A program made the translations under genes and the position numbers. DNA of 64,000 bases from Tetramitus jugosus (taxonomy: Eukaryota; Protista; Heterolobosea), in NCBI GenBank assembly GCA_937625935.1, contig OW569388.1, forward strand, positions 186,001 through 250,000. The letters run 5' to 3'. Shown here piece by piece: positions 10,883-22,102 of the stretch (position 1 is the first letter of the stretch; every line of letters begins with the position of its first letter). The notes beneath the pieces were generated by a model, which had not been told where the DNA came from, did no database searches, and worked only from the letters and a program-made list of their open reading frames with translations.

Positions 10883-11837
10883 ATGTCTGATCTTTCGAAA
10901 CGTTATGTCAGAAATTTCTCATCCAACAATGCCAATGACACCAATCAACACTCTCTTCTCTTGCCCATGGTCACCTCCCACCACCATATAATTACTCCGA
11001 CGATCCTTCCCGCCCAAAACAACAACAACTACAGTAATTCCAACAACAATAACAGCAACAACAGCAACAACCTTTCAACAGATCAAAAAAAACAATTTCG
11101 ACATTACCTCAAAAGCAACAAAAATCTCTATTTGATCGTCCTATCTCTCGCACTCATCTTCCTATTCACCTTCTCCAGCGTACACTACTATCAACAAATA
11201 CAACAACAACAACAACATCAAAAGCGAACACAATCACTACAAGAACAAAATGATCATTTAACAAATACTGATAAAATATTAACTACAGCTGGTGAAAACT
11301 TGAAGAATACAAAAAATTTACAAAGCACAACAACGACACCAACATCAACAAATACAGTAACAACAACGATAACAACAACACAAGTGTCTATTGTGGCACC
11401 CATCTTATCTGATACTCAACTAGCGAAACAATTGTCTTTCATCTCTGATACGATTTCTCAATTTTTGCACCTCGTTTCATTGACCATCAATGAAAATGAT
11501 GAAAAAAAGAGTGAAAAACATGAATTGATGGTTGAGCTATTGTTCGTCATGTCAATCAATGAAGATAACGCCGAAGAGTTGATTCATCACATTACGAACA
11601 AGCGATTCGAAGTCAATAATCGTTTTCATTCAAAGAAAAATGTGAATCAAACTTTGAAAAAGACGAAAAAGAATGGCAAGCATAGTAGTGATCGATTTAC
11701 GATACGTCATGTGGCTCTTGAGTCAAAAGAGGAAGCAACGAATTTGAAGGCGATGAATAGAGCTGTTCGATTGAGTGCATTTGAAAATGTGTTGTTTTAT
11801 CCATATGGTGTATCACGAAAAATGGTTGATGTCGATG

Positions 11838-11870
<33 letters not shown>

Positions 11871-13639
11871 ATACTGTGAATGAAATTGAGTCATTGTCGT
11901 CGGAGAGTTGGTTGATTCAAGTATTGAGGCATCATGCAAAGAACAATGCAAGGGGAATTACGGGTGCAATGGTACTGTCGAACGATCAAAATCAGAGAAA
12001 TGAGATTCATTCAGCTGGTTTGAGTGTTGCGTTGGCTGATGATGATAAACCAACGCTGTTTCATCGATTCGAGGGATTTTCGCATCTTTATCGACCTGCG
12101 TGGAACTCGCTGGATAGTAGTAGTACTTCTCGTCAGAGAGAACAATCAATGACTGTTGTTGCTGTTCCGTTGGCTGGTATGATCATGACCAAGTCATTGT
12201 TTAACGAGTTGGGAGGATTTGACGAAAAGTTGGATGTGTTTGAAACGGTGGCTGTTGCTGATTTGTGTTTGCGTGCACTGAAATTGGATCGTGCAGTACG
12301 ATATGATCCATCCTATTCGAATGTTTATGTGCTCAACAGTGGTGCCTTGTCAGCAGCAGAGGAACAGTTGGGTTTGAGTGAGGAGACACTTGATATTTCA
12401 TCGATTCACTCGACTGTACTGGATGAGTTCATGAACAGACACGGTGACTATCTGAAGAAGGTTGCAGATGATCGTATTGAAGTGAACTCAAAGGTTGTTT
12501 GGGATTTTGGTGGTGGATCATGCACTGGTTGGTTCCTCGAAGCTCAACAATACTGCGTTAGTCTAGAGAATCGCGTCCATTTGCGTGTCATTACTGGAAG
12601 GCACGACATGTGTGAAGGCTTGCCCAAGAGCTCAATCAAGGCAATGGATCGAATGATATCACGTAACCTTCACAATATCGACATTTTCATTACGCATAAA
12701 CCACCAGAGAGATATCCACAGTTCCCTTACAATGGACTGGTGAAGATTCGAGGTATACCTAGGTACGTTGTCGGTAGAAGCATGTTTGAATCATCGAGTC
12801 TTCCAATCAGCTGGCCTTCCATCATCAACAAAAAGGTGGATGAAGTGTGGGTGCCTTCACTGTTCAACGAAGCAACCTTTTTGAAGCACGGTGTTGACAA
12901 GAGTAAGGTTGTTCATGTGCCTGAACCGATTGACGTTCACTTGTATGACCCTGCAATCACTACGCCTCTATTCCCCAGAAAGAAACGATTCAACTTTTTA
13001 AGTGTGTTCAAGTGGGAGGACAGAAAGGGTCCACATGAACTGCTCGAAGCATACTTCTCTGCATTTACCAAAGAGGATGATGTCTGCTTGAATCTTGTCA
13101 CATACATCTTCTTGGATCGAAACGGTCGAAAGAAATGGAGAGTGCAACAAGAAATTGATGATATTATTGATGATTTGAACTTGGATCGATCAAAACTGCC
13201 AGCATACAACGTCATCACTGACATTATCGACACAGTAGATATGCCTCGAATGTACAAGTCTTTTGATGCCTATGTGCTGCCGTCAAAGGGAGAAGGTTGG
13301 GGTTTGCCTTACATTGAGGCCATGTCAATGTCCTTGCCGACCATTGGAACAAAGTATGGCGGTCAACTCGATTTTATGAATGCCGAGAACAGCTACCTGA
13401 TTGAGACAAGTGGAATGAAAAAGAGTGGCACATTTGATTCGTTGCCCATCATAAACATGGATCATCTGCGAAAGCTCATGAGACAAGTGTATGACGATCC
13501 GAAACAAGGTGAAATGAAGGGCCAGATCGCGAGGGAACACATTGTGAAGAACTTTAGTCAACAAGTCATTAGTGACATGGTTCTAGGTCACATCAAACGA
13601 ATTCAAACCAAATTGGACATCAAAGACAAACCAAAGTAA
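10883..13639 (+). CDS. Type II membrane glycosyltransferase: GT2-like region plus C-terminal GT-B (GT4/Glycos_transf_1) domain
   Basis: N-terminal TM and Thr-rich stem; LFNELGGFDE...DLCLRA (GT2-like); FLSVFKWEDRKG and VLPSKGEGWGLPYIEAM (GT4 E-x7-E motif). Confidence 0.85.
11838..11870 (+). repeat. (AGT)n microsatellite encoding poly-Ser
   Basis: About 11 tandem AGT units read directly. Confidence 0.9.
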
Positions 13640-13691
13640 ATTAGTGAGTGAAATGCACAAGTTTACAAATTACATTGTTTTTAAGAAAAAC

Positions 13692-14949
13692 TTAGACCAA
13701 ATTTTGAATGACAGCAGCATTCTTCAATCCAGCTTGTTCAATGGTCAAACTTGGATTGTCCAACACCTTCTTTGGGAATGCAGTCATGAGTTGGAAGTTG
13801 CCAACATTTGGTCTCGAAGCCTGCACAAACTGTATCAAAGTTTTCACAGTGTCATCCAAGTTGAACGTGGCATTCAAACGAGTTCCATCATGCAAACGAA
13901 TTTGAATATTGGTATGAGGTCTGTTTCTGTCCACAGAGTATGCTGGTGCCTGTGTAGATGGAGTAGATGTGGCAGCAGTTGGAACTTGTCTAGCAGCACC
14001 CAAACTTCTTCCTTCGCCGCCAAATGCCTTGAATTCTTTCTTGACATCCGCAAATTTTTCTTCTCTCTTGTTCACAAGGTTTACAAGCACTTCCTTTGCC
14101 ATTCCAGCGACTTCTGTTGGCACGTAACCCTTATTGATTGCTTCAAGGAACTTTTGATTGGCAGGATCATCAAATCTTCTCAATTCACCATCATCGATCG
14201 TGAAACCGTCTTGATAAAAGGTAATGGTCACTGTTTTTTCTTCTTCTGAAGCATTAGCCTGGGATGACGATGATGCCTGTGAAGAAGAGATTTCTCCTCC
14301 TGGTGTAGTGCCTAATCGATAACCTGAACCAGAAAAGGATGGACTGGTGGCTGTGGTTGTTGTTGTTGGACGATCGAACTCTCCACCTCCCTTTTCAGCA
14401 TTTTCTTGAGCCTTCTTGAAGATGAGCGATGTGAGATCGTTGGCATACGCTGAACCCTTCTTCTTCTCTTCATCATCTCTTCCAATAATTTGTTGTCCGC
14501 TGTAGTGAAAAAATGGCGCCAAAAAATTTGTCAACAAAAAACGCGCGCCCAAAAAAAAACAGTAGTATACAACAAACGTACCTTGTAGTAGATCCACCAG
14601 CATAATAACGATTAGAGTTATCGTCATCCTTACCTTCCTCATCACCACCCAAATCACTAAATGTCACCATTCCTGATCTTCTAGGAGGAGCTCTCGAAGA
14701 AGAAGAGCTTGTGAGAGGAGTTGATTGTGAAGTAGTTGTGAGTGGTGCTCTTTGTTGTGATGGTGAAGCTTGTGGCAATGGTGAGGATGTAGTTGCTGCT
14801 GCTGTTGCTGAGCTATTACTCTGAGAATTGTTGAAAAAAGTGATAATGGCAAGTTCCAAGTCATTGTTGGCTGAACTCAAGTAGAATTCAGCTTCTTGAC
14901 GTGTAGCTTTCGTAACGGAAATAAAATTGTTGAGGAGAGATTCGTCCAT
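13692..14949 (-). CDS. NSFL1C: p47/Shp1-like p97 cofactor (UBA-SEP-UBX); 2 exons, intron 14500-14581
   Basis: UBA-like N-terminus; splicing GTACGT...CTACAG gives YYAGGSTTS|GQQII; SEP domain (TITFYQDGF), SHP box FGGEGRSLG, UBX (IQIRLHDG, AFP). Confidence 0.92.
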
Positions 14950-15125
14950 TGTGTTTGTTCTTCTTCAAGTTTGTTGTTTGATATGATGTTTTTGCTTTGT
15001 CGAAGCAGATCATCAAGTTCAACAGGAAAGTCGAGCTGTTTTTAGAACGATTGTTAGGCTCAATGAGCTGGTTGAAGCTGGTCAGATCGGAGAAATACTC
15101 TCATGTACAGCAGATGAGATGAAAA

Positions 15126-16051
15126 ATGATCTTGCACACGACGATTAGAGAATATTGGTTCTTGTTTTTGGTGTTTTTTGCTGGGATTGGGATCTTGCTT
15201 GTTGCAGCTCTCATTGTGGAATACTTCAAGAAGAATGACAACATTTTGAAACTGAATCCCTTTGTTCTTGTTGGCAAAATAGTTTTGCTTCAGGTAAAAC
15301 CCATCCATGTTCAGTAAGAATTCATTCTTGGAATAGAGCTCTAATGTTTGTTTTTCTGTTCCTTTTGTTTGTGTGGTGTCAGTCACTGTTTTACATGTTG
15401 AACAGTTTTATCATCTATGCCATGGATTATATTTTCCAAGAAGTATTCTATCCCACTCAGATTTGGTCTTCAAATGACTTCAATTTCCAAACTGGTAGAG
15501 GTTGGATTAGTATCATGGGTCTCATACTTTCGATGTTGAGTATGTGCTCTCTGGTGCTTGGCTTGGTCAGAGACAGAACTCAAGTACGTATCGATCGCCT
15601 TGTCAAATGATTGGCTTGACACAAGTTAACGCTTTGCATTTTGGGTCATTAGATTCGAGATCATTGTTTCACGATTTCTTTTTGCCATTTTATCATTGTA
15701 TCATTGGCCATGTTGGATTTTCCTAGAAGTGGAGCTTGGTGGTTTTCTATTATCCTGGGCTTACTAGTTCTCACAATAACTTCAGAGTTTATTAGTTATC
15801 AACTAGAACTTATGCCTTACAAATCTCATATGGCAGGGAAGGAAGGAAAGAAGGAGTCAAAAAGAGGAGCGAATGTGGGATCGAATTTCTCAGCTGCTCT
15901 TCGTGAGAACCAAAACGAAGAAATGGGAGTTGTTCAGCTTGAAGAACGTGAAGGTTCATCACCGAGTTTAGAGAAATTAGATGATGATATACTTTTCAAT
16001 GTAAGTAGCCAGTGGTCCATTGATACTATGTTAATCAAGCTTGCTATTTAA
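15126..16051 (+). CDS. Multi-pass membrane protein, probably 3 exons; exon boundaries uncertain
   Basis: Three consecutive hydrophobic ORF segments with GTAAAA/GTAAGA (~15293-15315) and GTACGT (~15583) donor-like sites between them. Confidence 0.4.
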
Positions 16052-16302
16052 CCTCGCATTCGTTGACAGAACTACCAAACAATACCATCCAAACAAATGA
16101 GTACCAAGTATGGAGATATCGTAATCTATTCTCTTCAACCGCCCGAAGAACACTCAAAGAGAAGAGACCGTCTGCCAACATCGACTTAAACTTGAAGCCG
16201 CAATAAACAGCTTGTCGAAAAAGCAAGGCGGGAAATGAAAAGGCCTTTTCTTACATCCTGAATCGTTTGTTGTCTGGTCCATCAAGACCAATGTCCGGCA
16301 AA

Positions 16303-16422
16303 AGCCTACATTACTGAGGGTTCTCGAGTAGTCTCCTATCTCAATACTAACTCAGCCAGATGGTGCTTAACTTCTCTATTCGAAATGGGAAGAGGTGGTT
16401 CCACCATTGTATGAACGTAGAC
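16303..16422 (-). rRNA. 5S ribosomal RNA
   Basis: Minus strand GTCTACGTTCATAC...GAAGTTAAGC...TTAGTA...GAA...TGTAGGCTT. Helix I (GUCUAC/GUAGGC), helix II (AUGGUG/CACCAU) and helix V (CUGAG/CUCAG) pair; a T-run Pol III terminator follows. Confidence 0.93.
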
Positions 16423-16504
16423 ATAAGAGCTGTTTTATCACTGTATTTGACGCCGGGCGCTGGTTCGAAATGAAGTTCTCAGGTTAGAAGAGAAGTGAAG
16501 CAGA

Positions 16505-16930
16505 GGACATCTCATAAAGGGTTGATAGGCAGCTGGAATGGTTCGTTGCACAAAAGTAAAAAGCCACACACTCCACACACGAAGGCGGTGAAGCATCTGT
16601 ACAAGGTAGAAGATAGGACGTGTCCCAAGACATCTCTATAAGCACCAATAATGTTATTGTGGCAACAAGAATCTGAAGAGGAGCATTGGAAGGTCCACAC
16701 TGATTGGTAAGTCGTCTTTAGTGAAGGTTTTGTCAAATAGGGTCGTTTCTTGATGGTGCCTGTTTTCAAGTAGAAAACGAATTTGGAAGTGTTGTAACAC
16801 ACGGCATCTCAACTTCTAGAATGCGTGTTTACTCATCGTACAACGTTCTCACAAAGTGTGGCAGTTTTGTTGGCATCATTGGAATTGGTTCTCCACATGG
16901 ATGATATCATCAAGAAAAGGTGTTCTGTTG
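16505..16930 (-). pseudogene. Decayed coding sequence, possibly a DENN-domain remnant
   Basis: Cross-frame fragments ILEVEMP / DDLPISVDLPMLLFRFLLP / NIIGAYRDVLG / LLLCNEPFQLPINP resemble the DENN core; multiple stops and shifts. Confidence 0.3.
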
Positions 16931-16998
16931 TTTAGAAGAAAATGGTACAGCAACTCGGAATAGAGCGCGATCCCACAAGCCACTTTGTGACTCGGAAC
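16923..16998. repeat. Dispersed ~75-bp repeat, copy 1
   Basis: TTCTGTTGTT..AAAATGG..CAACTCGGAATAGAGCG..ATCCCAC.AGCCACTTTGTGACTC.GAAC shared with 21796-21871. Confidence 0.85.
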
Positions 16999-17174
16999 GA
17001 GCGACTTCCCAAAAGTGACAACGAGAATTTACAGTATTTCAGGAGCGGCTTCAAAATGATGCGGCAACCAAATTGTGCGCATTTATCCGTGCTTTGGAGT
17101 GTGATCAAACCAACAAACAAACAAACAACACAGCAAGAGACACGAATAGTGCTATTTGATATTGATCCAACGAT

Positions 17175-18221
17175 ATGAAAGCAATACAAGTAAACAAAAC
17201 CAAGAACGGTGCACCGTCATCAGCATCAGATTTGTTTGTCGCACAAGTGGATATCCCCTCTCCGAAAAGTGATGAAATTTTGATCAAGGTTCATTACACT
17301 GCTCTGAACCGAGCTGATATTTCTCAGCGAATGGGCAAGTATCCAGCACCACTCGGTGCCAGTGATATTTTGGGATTGGAAGTGTCTGGAACTGTGTTCA
17401 AATTGGGAGAGAACGCAGCACGTGAGAACAAGTGGAAGATTGGTGATCGTGTCATGGCTCTGTTGGATGGAGGTGGTTATGCCGAGTATGCCACATGTAA
17501 CAAGGATGTTGTCATGCCTATTCCGAGTCAGCTCTCACTGGAAGATGCCGTCTGTATTCCAGAGGTCTACCTCACAGCCTATCAAACGTTTTTCATGATT
17601 GGAAGGTTGGCAGAACAAGGAAAGAAAAAGGTGTTGATTCATGCTGGAGCGAGTGGTGTCGGAACTGCGTTGATTCAACTGTGTAAAGTAGCTGGATGTA
17701 GTGACGTTGTAACAACGAGTTCCAAAGGAAAGACTGAATTTTGCAAGCAATTGGGCGCAACTCTTGCGATTGCATACGATGGTGATGATGTAGTCGACAG
17801 GCAATGGAACAAGATTCTTTCTGAAAAGATTCCAGAAGGAGTGGATCTCATATTGGATCCTGTTGGAGGTGGAAGTTACATTGAGCAAGATATTTCAGTT
17901 TGTGCCACAGATGGTATGATCATTGGAATTGCTTTCATGGGTGGTACGACAACAAAAGCGCCAATTGATCTGGGTAGGATGCTGGCGAAGCGTATCACGA
18001 TCACTTTTAGTACTTTGAGATCTCGAACAACGGAATACAAGGCTAATCTTGTGAAATCATTTGTTGAGCATACTGATAACTTGAATCAATTCAATAATGG
18101 ACAGCTCTCAGCCGTTAAGTTCAAGGTACTTGATGGATTGGAGCACATGAAGGAAGCGCATGAATTGATGGAATCTCATGCAAATTCTGGAAAAATTGTC
18201 GTCAAAGTAACAGAAGAGTGA
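17175..18221 (+). CDS. NAD(P)H:quinone oxidoreductase, PIG3/zeta-crystallin family (MDR)
   Basis: ALNRADISQRMGKYPAP, LGLEVSG, GGGYAEY, IHAGASGVG, GKIV. Confidence 0.93.
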   Translation: MKAIQVNKTKNGAPSSASDLFVAQVDIPSPKSDEILIKVHYTALNRADISQRMGKYPAPLGASDILGLEVSGTVFKLGENAARENKWKIGDRVMALLDGGGYAEYATCNKDVVMPIPSQLSLEDAVCIPEVYLTAYQTFFMIGRLAEQGKKKVLIHAGASGVGTALIQLCKVAGCSDVVTTSSKGKTEFCKQLGATLAIAYDGDDVVDRQWNKILSEKIPEGVDLILDPVGGGSYIEQDISVCATDGMIIGIAFMGGTTTKAPIDLGRMLAKRITITFSTLRSRTTEYKANLVKSFVEHTDNLNQFNNGQLSAVKFKVLDGLEHMKEAHELMESHANSGKIVVKVTEE

Positions 18222-18231
18222 ACTTCGCCTG

Positions 18232-19359
18232 TTGTATTGTTGTTTCTCCGATCTTGGTAATTACTTCTTAATGTACGATTCAGATTGCACTTGCCGCAAA
18301 CAGAACCAACAACAGAAGAACATGATTCAATTCCCATTTGGTGAAACTAAAGGTCTTATCAGTATCTTCAAACCTGAAGCTCTTCATTTTTCTCCATTGC
18401 AAGCGTCATTGTTACAGCTGTGGTTCTTTCATCAACTGAAATCACCCACAGCAGAGCATTTTGAAATGGTGAGGTGTCTGTTCTATCTGTTAGATGAACA
18501 GATTAATCCGATTGTGAGTCACACAAGTAGACAATTCGATTCTCAGGTGCCTCATCTCTTTGCAAGGTTGATGATCGACCTGCAATATGAACAACAACAA
18601 CAACTGGATTTAATCTGCGAACCAATATGCAATGAAGAACTGATAGAAGATGTATGTGTGGATGGAAAAGAAGCAATGCTCGAACGAATGAAACAATTGA
18701 AACAATTACCTGGTAGCAATCTTGTGAAACAATATGCTGCATCATTGTACGTGGCCATGTTGTCAGAATGTTACATGGATGAATGGGGAAAAACATTTAT
18801 CGTTCAATATGTGACAGAGATTGAGAGACTGTGTCATGTGCATAAATTGGAATCTGTGTTTGCTCAAGAATGGCAATCTTTATCAGATTTGGAGCAAGAT
18901 TTAATAGAATCTGGTGGTTACTCTGATGAACATTACCAAAGTTATGCTCAAGAGATTGTGGAATACGAGAATCAGGAGCAATTCTTACAACGGTACCTTT
19001 TGAAATGTGATTTAGAAACCTATGAATCAGCGGTCACTGCGCTATTACAATACAGATTTCGAGAACGCAAATTTGGAGGATCCCAATTGAGACAACTGAG
19101 TTTTGGGTTCAAGGAGCAGATGCCATTTGGAGATTGTCAGGAACTTGGTCTCTTTGAATTGTTTATCAACCATGCTCTTTACAATTGTAAGACAAAATGT
19201 TATGATACAACTTGTATTAGTGACAAATGTTGTATTGAGTCTGAATTGCTTGATATGATCCATGGTGTAACCCCCGCAATGGTCAATTGTCTTTCGTTCA
19301 GAAGAAAATGGCACCTATCTTCAGGGAAAACCCACAGTGTTTCAGTATGTGAATCATGA
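18232..19359 (+). CDS. Hypothetical protein (start uncertain)
   Basis: 375-codon ORF with protein-like composition; no recognised motif. Confidence 0.6.
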   Translation: MYCCFSDLGNYFLMYDSDCTCRKQNQQQKNMIQFPFGETKGLISIFKPEALHFSPLQASLLQLWFFHQLKSPTAEHFEMVRCLFYLLDEQINPIVSHTSRQFDSQVPHLFARLMIDLQYEQQQQLDLICEPICNEELIEDVCVDGKEAMLERMKQLKQLPGSNLVKQYAASLYVAMLSECYMDEWGKTFIVQYVTEIERLCHVHKLESVFAQEWQSLSDLEQDLIESGGYSDEHYQSYAQEIVEYENQEQFLQRYLLKCDLETYESAVTALLQYRFRERKFGGSQLRQLSFGFKEQMPFGDCQELGLFELFINHALYNCKTKCYDTTCISDKCCIESELLDMIHGVTPAMVNCLSFRRKWHLSSGKTHSVSVCES

Positions 19360-19894
19360 TATCTTTCATCCAGAATTGGACTATGAAGTGAATGTGACTG
19401 TAGCCAATGCATTGTCTGCTGCAGACTAAAGGATTTGTGTCGAAGCACTCCACACGTTGTTCACCGCCTCATGGGAATGGTGGAGAAACAATGCTCAGCG
19501 CCGTGCCGGTGCTGAGCAGCACTACAAATGTTAGTCCGTACGTACTTGAAGACGATAGGGAGTGATCCAATACTCTGCATCGTACTGCAGAGTAGAATCT
19601 TTTCTAAAATGTTGTAATGGCAATAATATCCATGTCTATGACCTAGCAAGAAGTATCATTGACATATCCGACACAAACCTATAAATCACCTTGATTGGAA
19701 CAAGTGTTACTTTTCTTTCACCATATCTGTCATCCTCTCGTCATATCGAGGAGATTTTGTGTTCCATGCATGCAATTCCTGCAGGATACCTCGCGCGATC
19801 AGAATGGAGAATCCAAGTTTTGGCTCAAGATAAGGAACACTATCTCACGACGTAACTTTTGCAAATTAACAACAATATCACACACTGAAAGACA

Positions 19895-20987
19895 ATGACA
19901 GACAATGACAGTACCAATGCCCAAAATATTGGGGAAGAGAATGATTACGACACAGAGGAACAATTCTTGACCCTCAACATTTTTAAGTTGCTGTCATGTG
20001 ACATGCAAATTAACATTTTAACATTCCTGTGCATTCAAGATTTGTATCCTATTTCATTGAGTTGTAAACATGGTGCATACTTGGTTATGAGTCCTGAGAC
20101 TGATGGATACCTGTGGGGTTCTATGGCGAGTCAGCTCGGACTCAACAAGGAAGAAATCAGTCGAGTCATCATGAACGAAGAAGATCAAAAGAAGAACCAC
20201 GAGCTCTCTGAAGAGGAAACAACCACTTCCTTGGGTGATGAATCTCCCTTGTATCTCGAAACTAACCTGATGAATGAAGGTGGAACCACCACATATTGTC
20301 ACCGCCTTCCATAGGATAACTGTTGTTTGTTTGAATTCCATCAGTTGGGATCCTGATACAAGAGTACAAGACTCCGATATTCGATTGCACAATTGCAACA
20401 GAACAATATCATGTGAAAACACCGACAGGTGGTCTACGATCCGAACCAATAGAAAACTCGAAATGGGCAAAATTTATTGTTGGGAATTCATTCTGGATGA
20501 GCATGACAATGGAACTTACAATAGCTCGAGAATGTATGTTGGAATCGAGAGAAGTACCTATCCTTTTACGGAGGGAGCGGATGAGACCAACAAACTTATT
20601 GGCTATCGGACTGATGGTGTTAGTTATTGTATTGGCCAACATTCAGTTCACAGGTTACATGACCAGTGCCGAGACCCAGCTCTTCGATCTATCTTGTACG
20701 ACAAACATTTTGTGTTCAGTTCAGGTGACACGATTGCCATGAAGCTCGATTTGAAGAATCTGAGTGATTCAAACACTGCTTCCATGCATCTCTTCAAGAA
20801 TAACGAGTACTTCCTGACCATAACAGACATTCTGACTCAAGGTATCTTGTACTATCCTGCCATATCAGTCATTGGTCGTCAAAGAGTGACCATCAGAATG
20901 ACACATCCTCATACCATGCTCGAAGAACCGATTCGCATGAATCTGGAGCAGTATGAGAAGCATCCCTCTGCTTGCTCGATTCAATAA
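19895..20987 (+). pseudogene. F-box + SPRY/B30.2-like gene with a frameshift at ~20270
   Basis: F-box LSCDMQINILTFLCIQDLYPISLSCK; SPRY-like YCWEFILD, MYVGI, GDTIAMKLDL, YYPAIS in the shifted frame; tandem ATGA-ATGA at 20270-20277. Confidence 0.7.
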
Positions 20988-20998
20988 CATGCTCCTCG

Positions 20999-21085
20999 CT
21001 CGCTCGTTGATGATTGGGCGGAAACAACCATCAACACCATTAAATCCACCTCGCTCGTTGATGTTTCCACCAACACCATTAAATC
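20999..21085. repeat. Short imperfect direct repeat (2 units)
   Basis: CTCGCTCGTTGATG...CAACACCATTAAATC occurs twice. Confidence 0.75.
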
Positions 21086-21495
21086 ATCATTTGCTCTATC
21101 GATCATGTATTGTTAACGATATTTCGCTCTGCCTGGTGTTTATTTCGCTTTTTGCGGCCAGCTCTTTAACTCAAAGTTTTGTTGAAAAACTAGTCAACTC
21201 AACGTGTTGGTGTGAGTGGAACGGTCAAACTCATTCAACAAACATCGATTTGTTTAGTTGATGGGAGCTTAGTTTTCGTTCTGATACACTTTTTTGATGA
21301 GAGGTCGTGATCAAAAAATGTTCCTGAGAGGAAGTTCTTCGATCTACATAAGAATGGAAATGAAAAAATTATCTGGAAATGAAAAATCATATTTATTTTG
21401 GCCAAGTTGCTCTGTTCACCAACAAGAAAAACAACCTTAAGAAGTAACAACCAGTTAACAACAAGAACCAACAAAACTCAATCTCATAAAATACA

Positions 21496-21718
21496 ATGGC
21501 CAGCTCAAATACCTCCTCTAGAAGAAACATGATCAAGAAGTGCTCCCTCAAGGAACCAAGCACCAAAGAACATTGTTGCAAAGGGAACAAGAACGCGAAG
21601 GAACATTAACTACAATGAAACTGCATTGTCGAGAGCAGCTCTATCTGGCGTGATGAGCAAGAAGAAGGGCAGAACCAGCTCGAAGAACACTCTTGAGAAG
21701 AGAACTGCTTCTCATTGA
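21496..21718 (+). pseudogene. Small basic (Lys/Arg-rich) protein gene, ~73 aa, with one frameshift at ~21541; absent from the ORF track
   Basis: MASSNTSSRRNMIKK then shifted frame APSRNQAPKNIVAKGTRTRRNINYNETALSRAALSGVMSKKKGRTSSKNTLEKRTASH*; CAA-rich leader; AATAAA at ~21741. Confidence 0.55.
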
Positions 21719-21795
21719 ACATTGTAACTTGTGAATACGAAATAAACGCTAACTAGGAATCAAATAATCTGAGATGTTTCAAATTATTGTTAACT

Positions 21796-21871
21796 TCTGT
21801 TGTTCGAAAAGAAAATGGGATCACAACTCGGAATAGAGCGTAATCCCACGAGCCACTTTGTGACTCTGAAC
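21796..21871. repeat. Dispersed ~75-bp repeat, copy 2
   Basis: Matches 16923-16998. Confidence 0.85.
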
Positions 21872-22040
21872 TGTGAGGCAGTTACGAAGAAATAATCAGT
21901 AAATTGGTTGCTTTGGTTGGTCGAAAAGAAGCAATAGCGAGAATGTCTTTGTTTTTAAAACCAAAGTTTGCTCCTGTGGGAACCATATCAATATGGGATA
22001 TCGTCTAGTTCTAGCAAGCAAGTTCGAACCGGTTGACGCC

Positions 22041-22102
22041 AAAGCCTACCTTACTGAGGGTTCACGAGTAGTCTCCTGTCTCAAGACTATCTCAGCCAGA
22101 TG
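22041..22102 (-). pseudogene. Truncated 5S rRNA copy (3' half only)
   Basis: AAAGCCTACCTTACTGAGGGTTCACGAGTAGTCTCCTGTCTCAAGACTATCTCAGCCAGATG matches 16301-16362 with 5 mismatches, then similarity stops abruptly. Confidence 0.88.

Noticed and set aside
20280-20313. Short GT...AG intron repairing the F-box/SPRY gene
   Set aside because: Splicing GTGGAA...CATAG gives GGA TAA, an immediate stop, and the donor is atypical.
21496-21718. Ribosomal protein eL29
   Set aside because: Similar size and charge, but it lacks the MAKSKNHT and KFLRN signatures.
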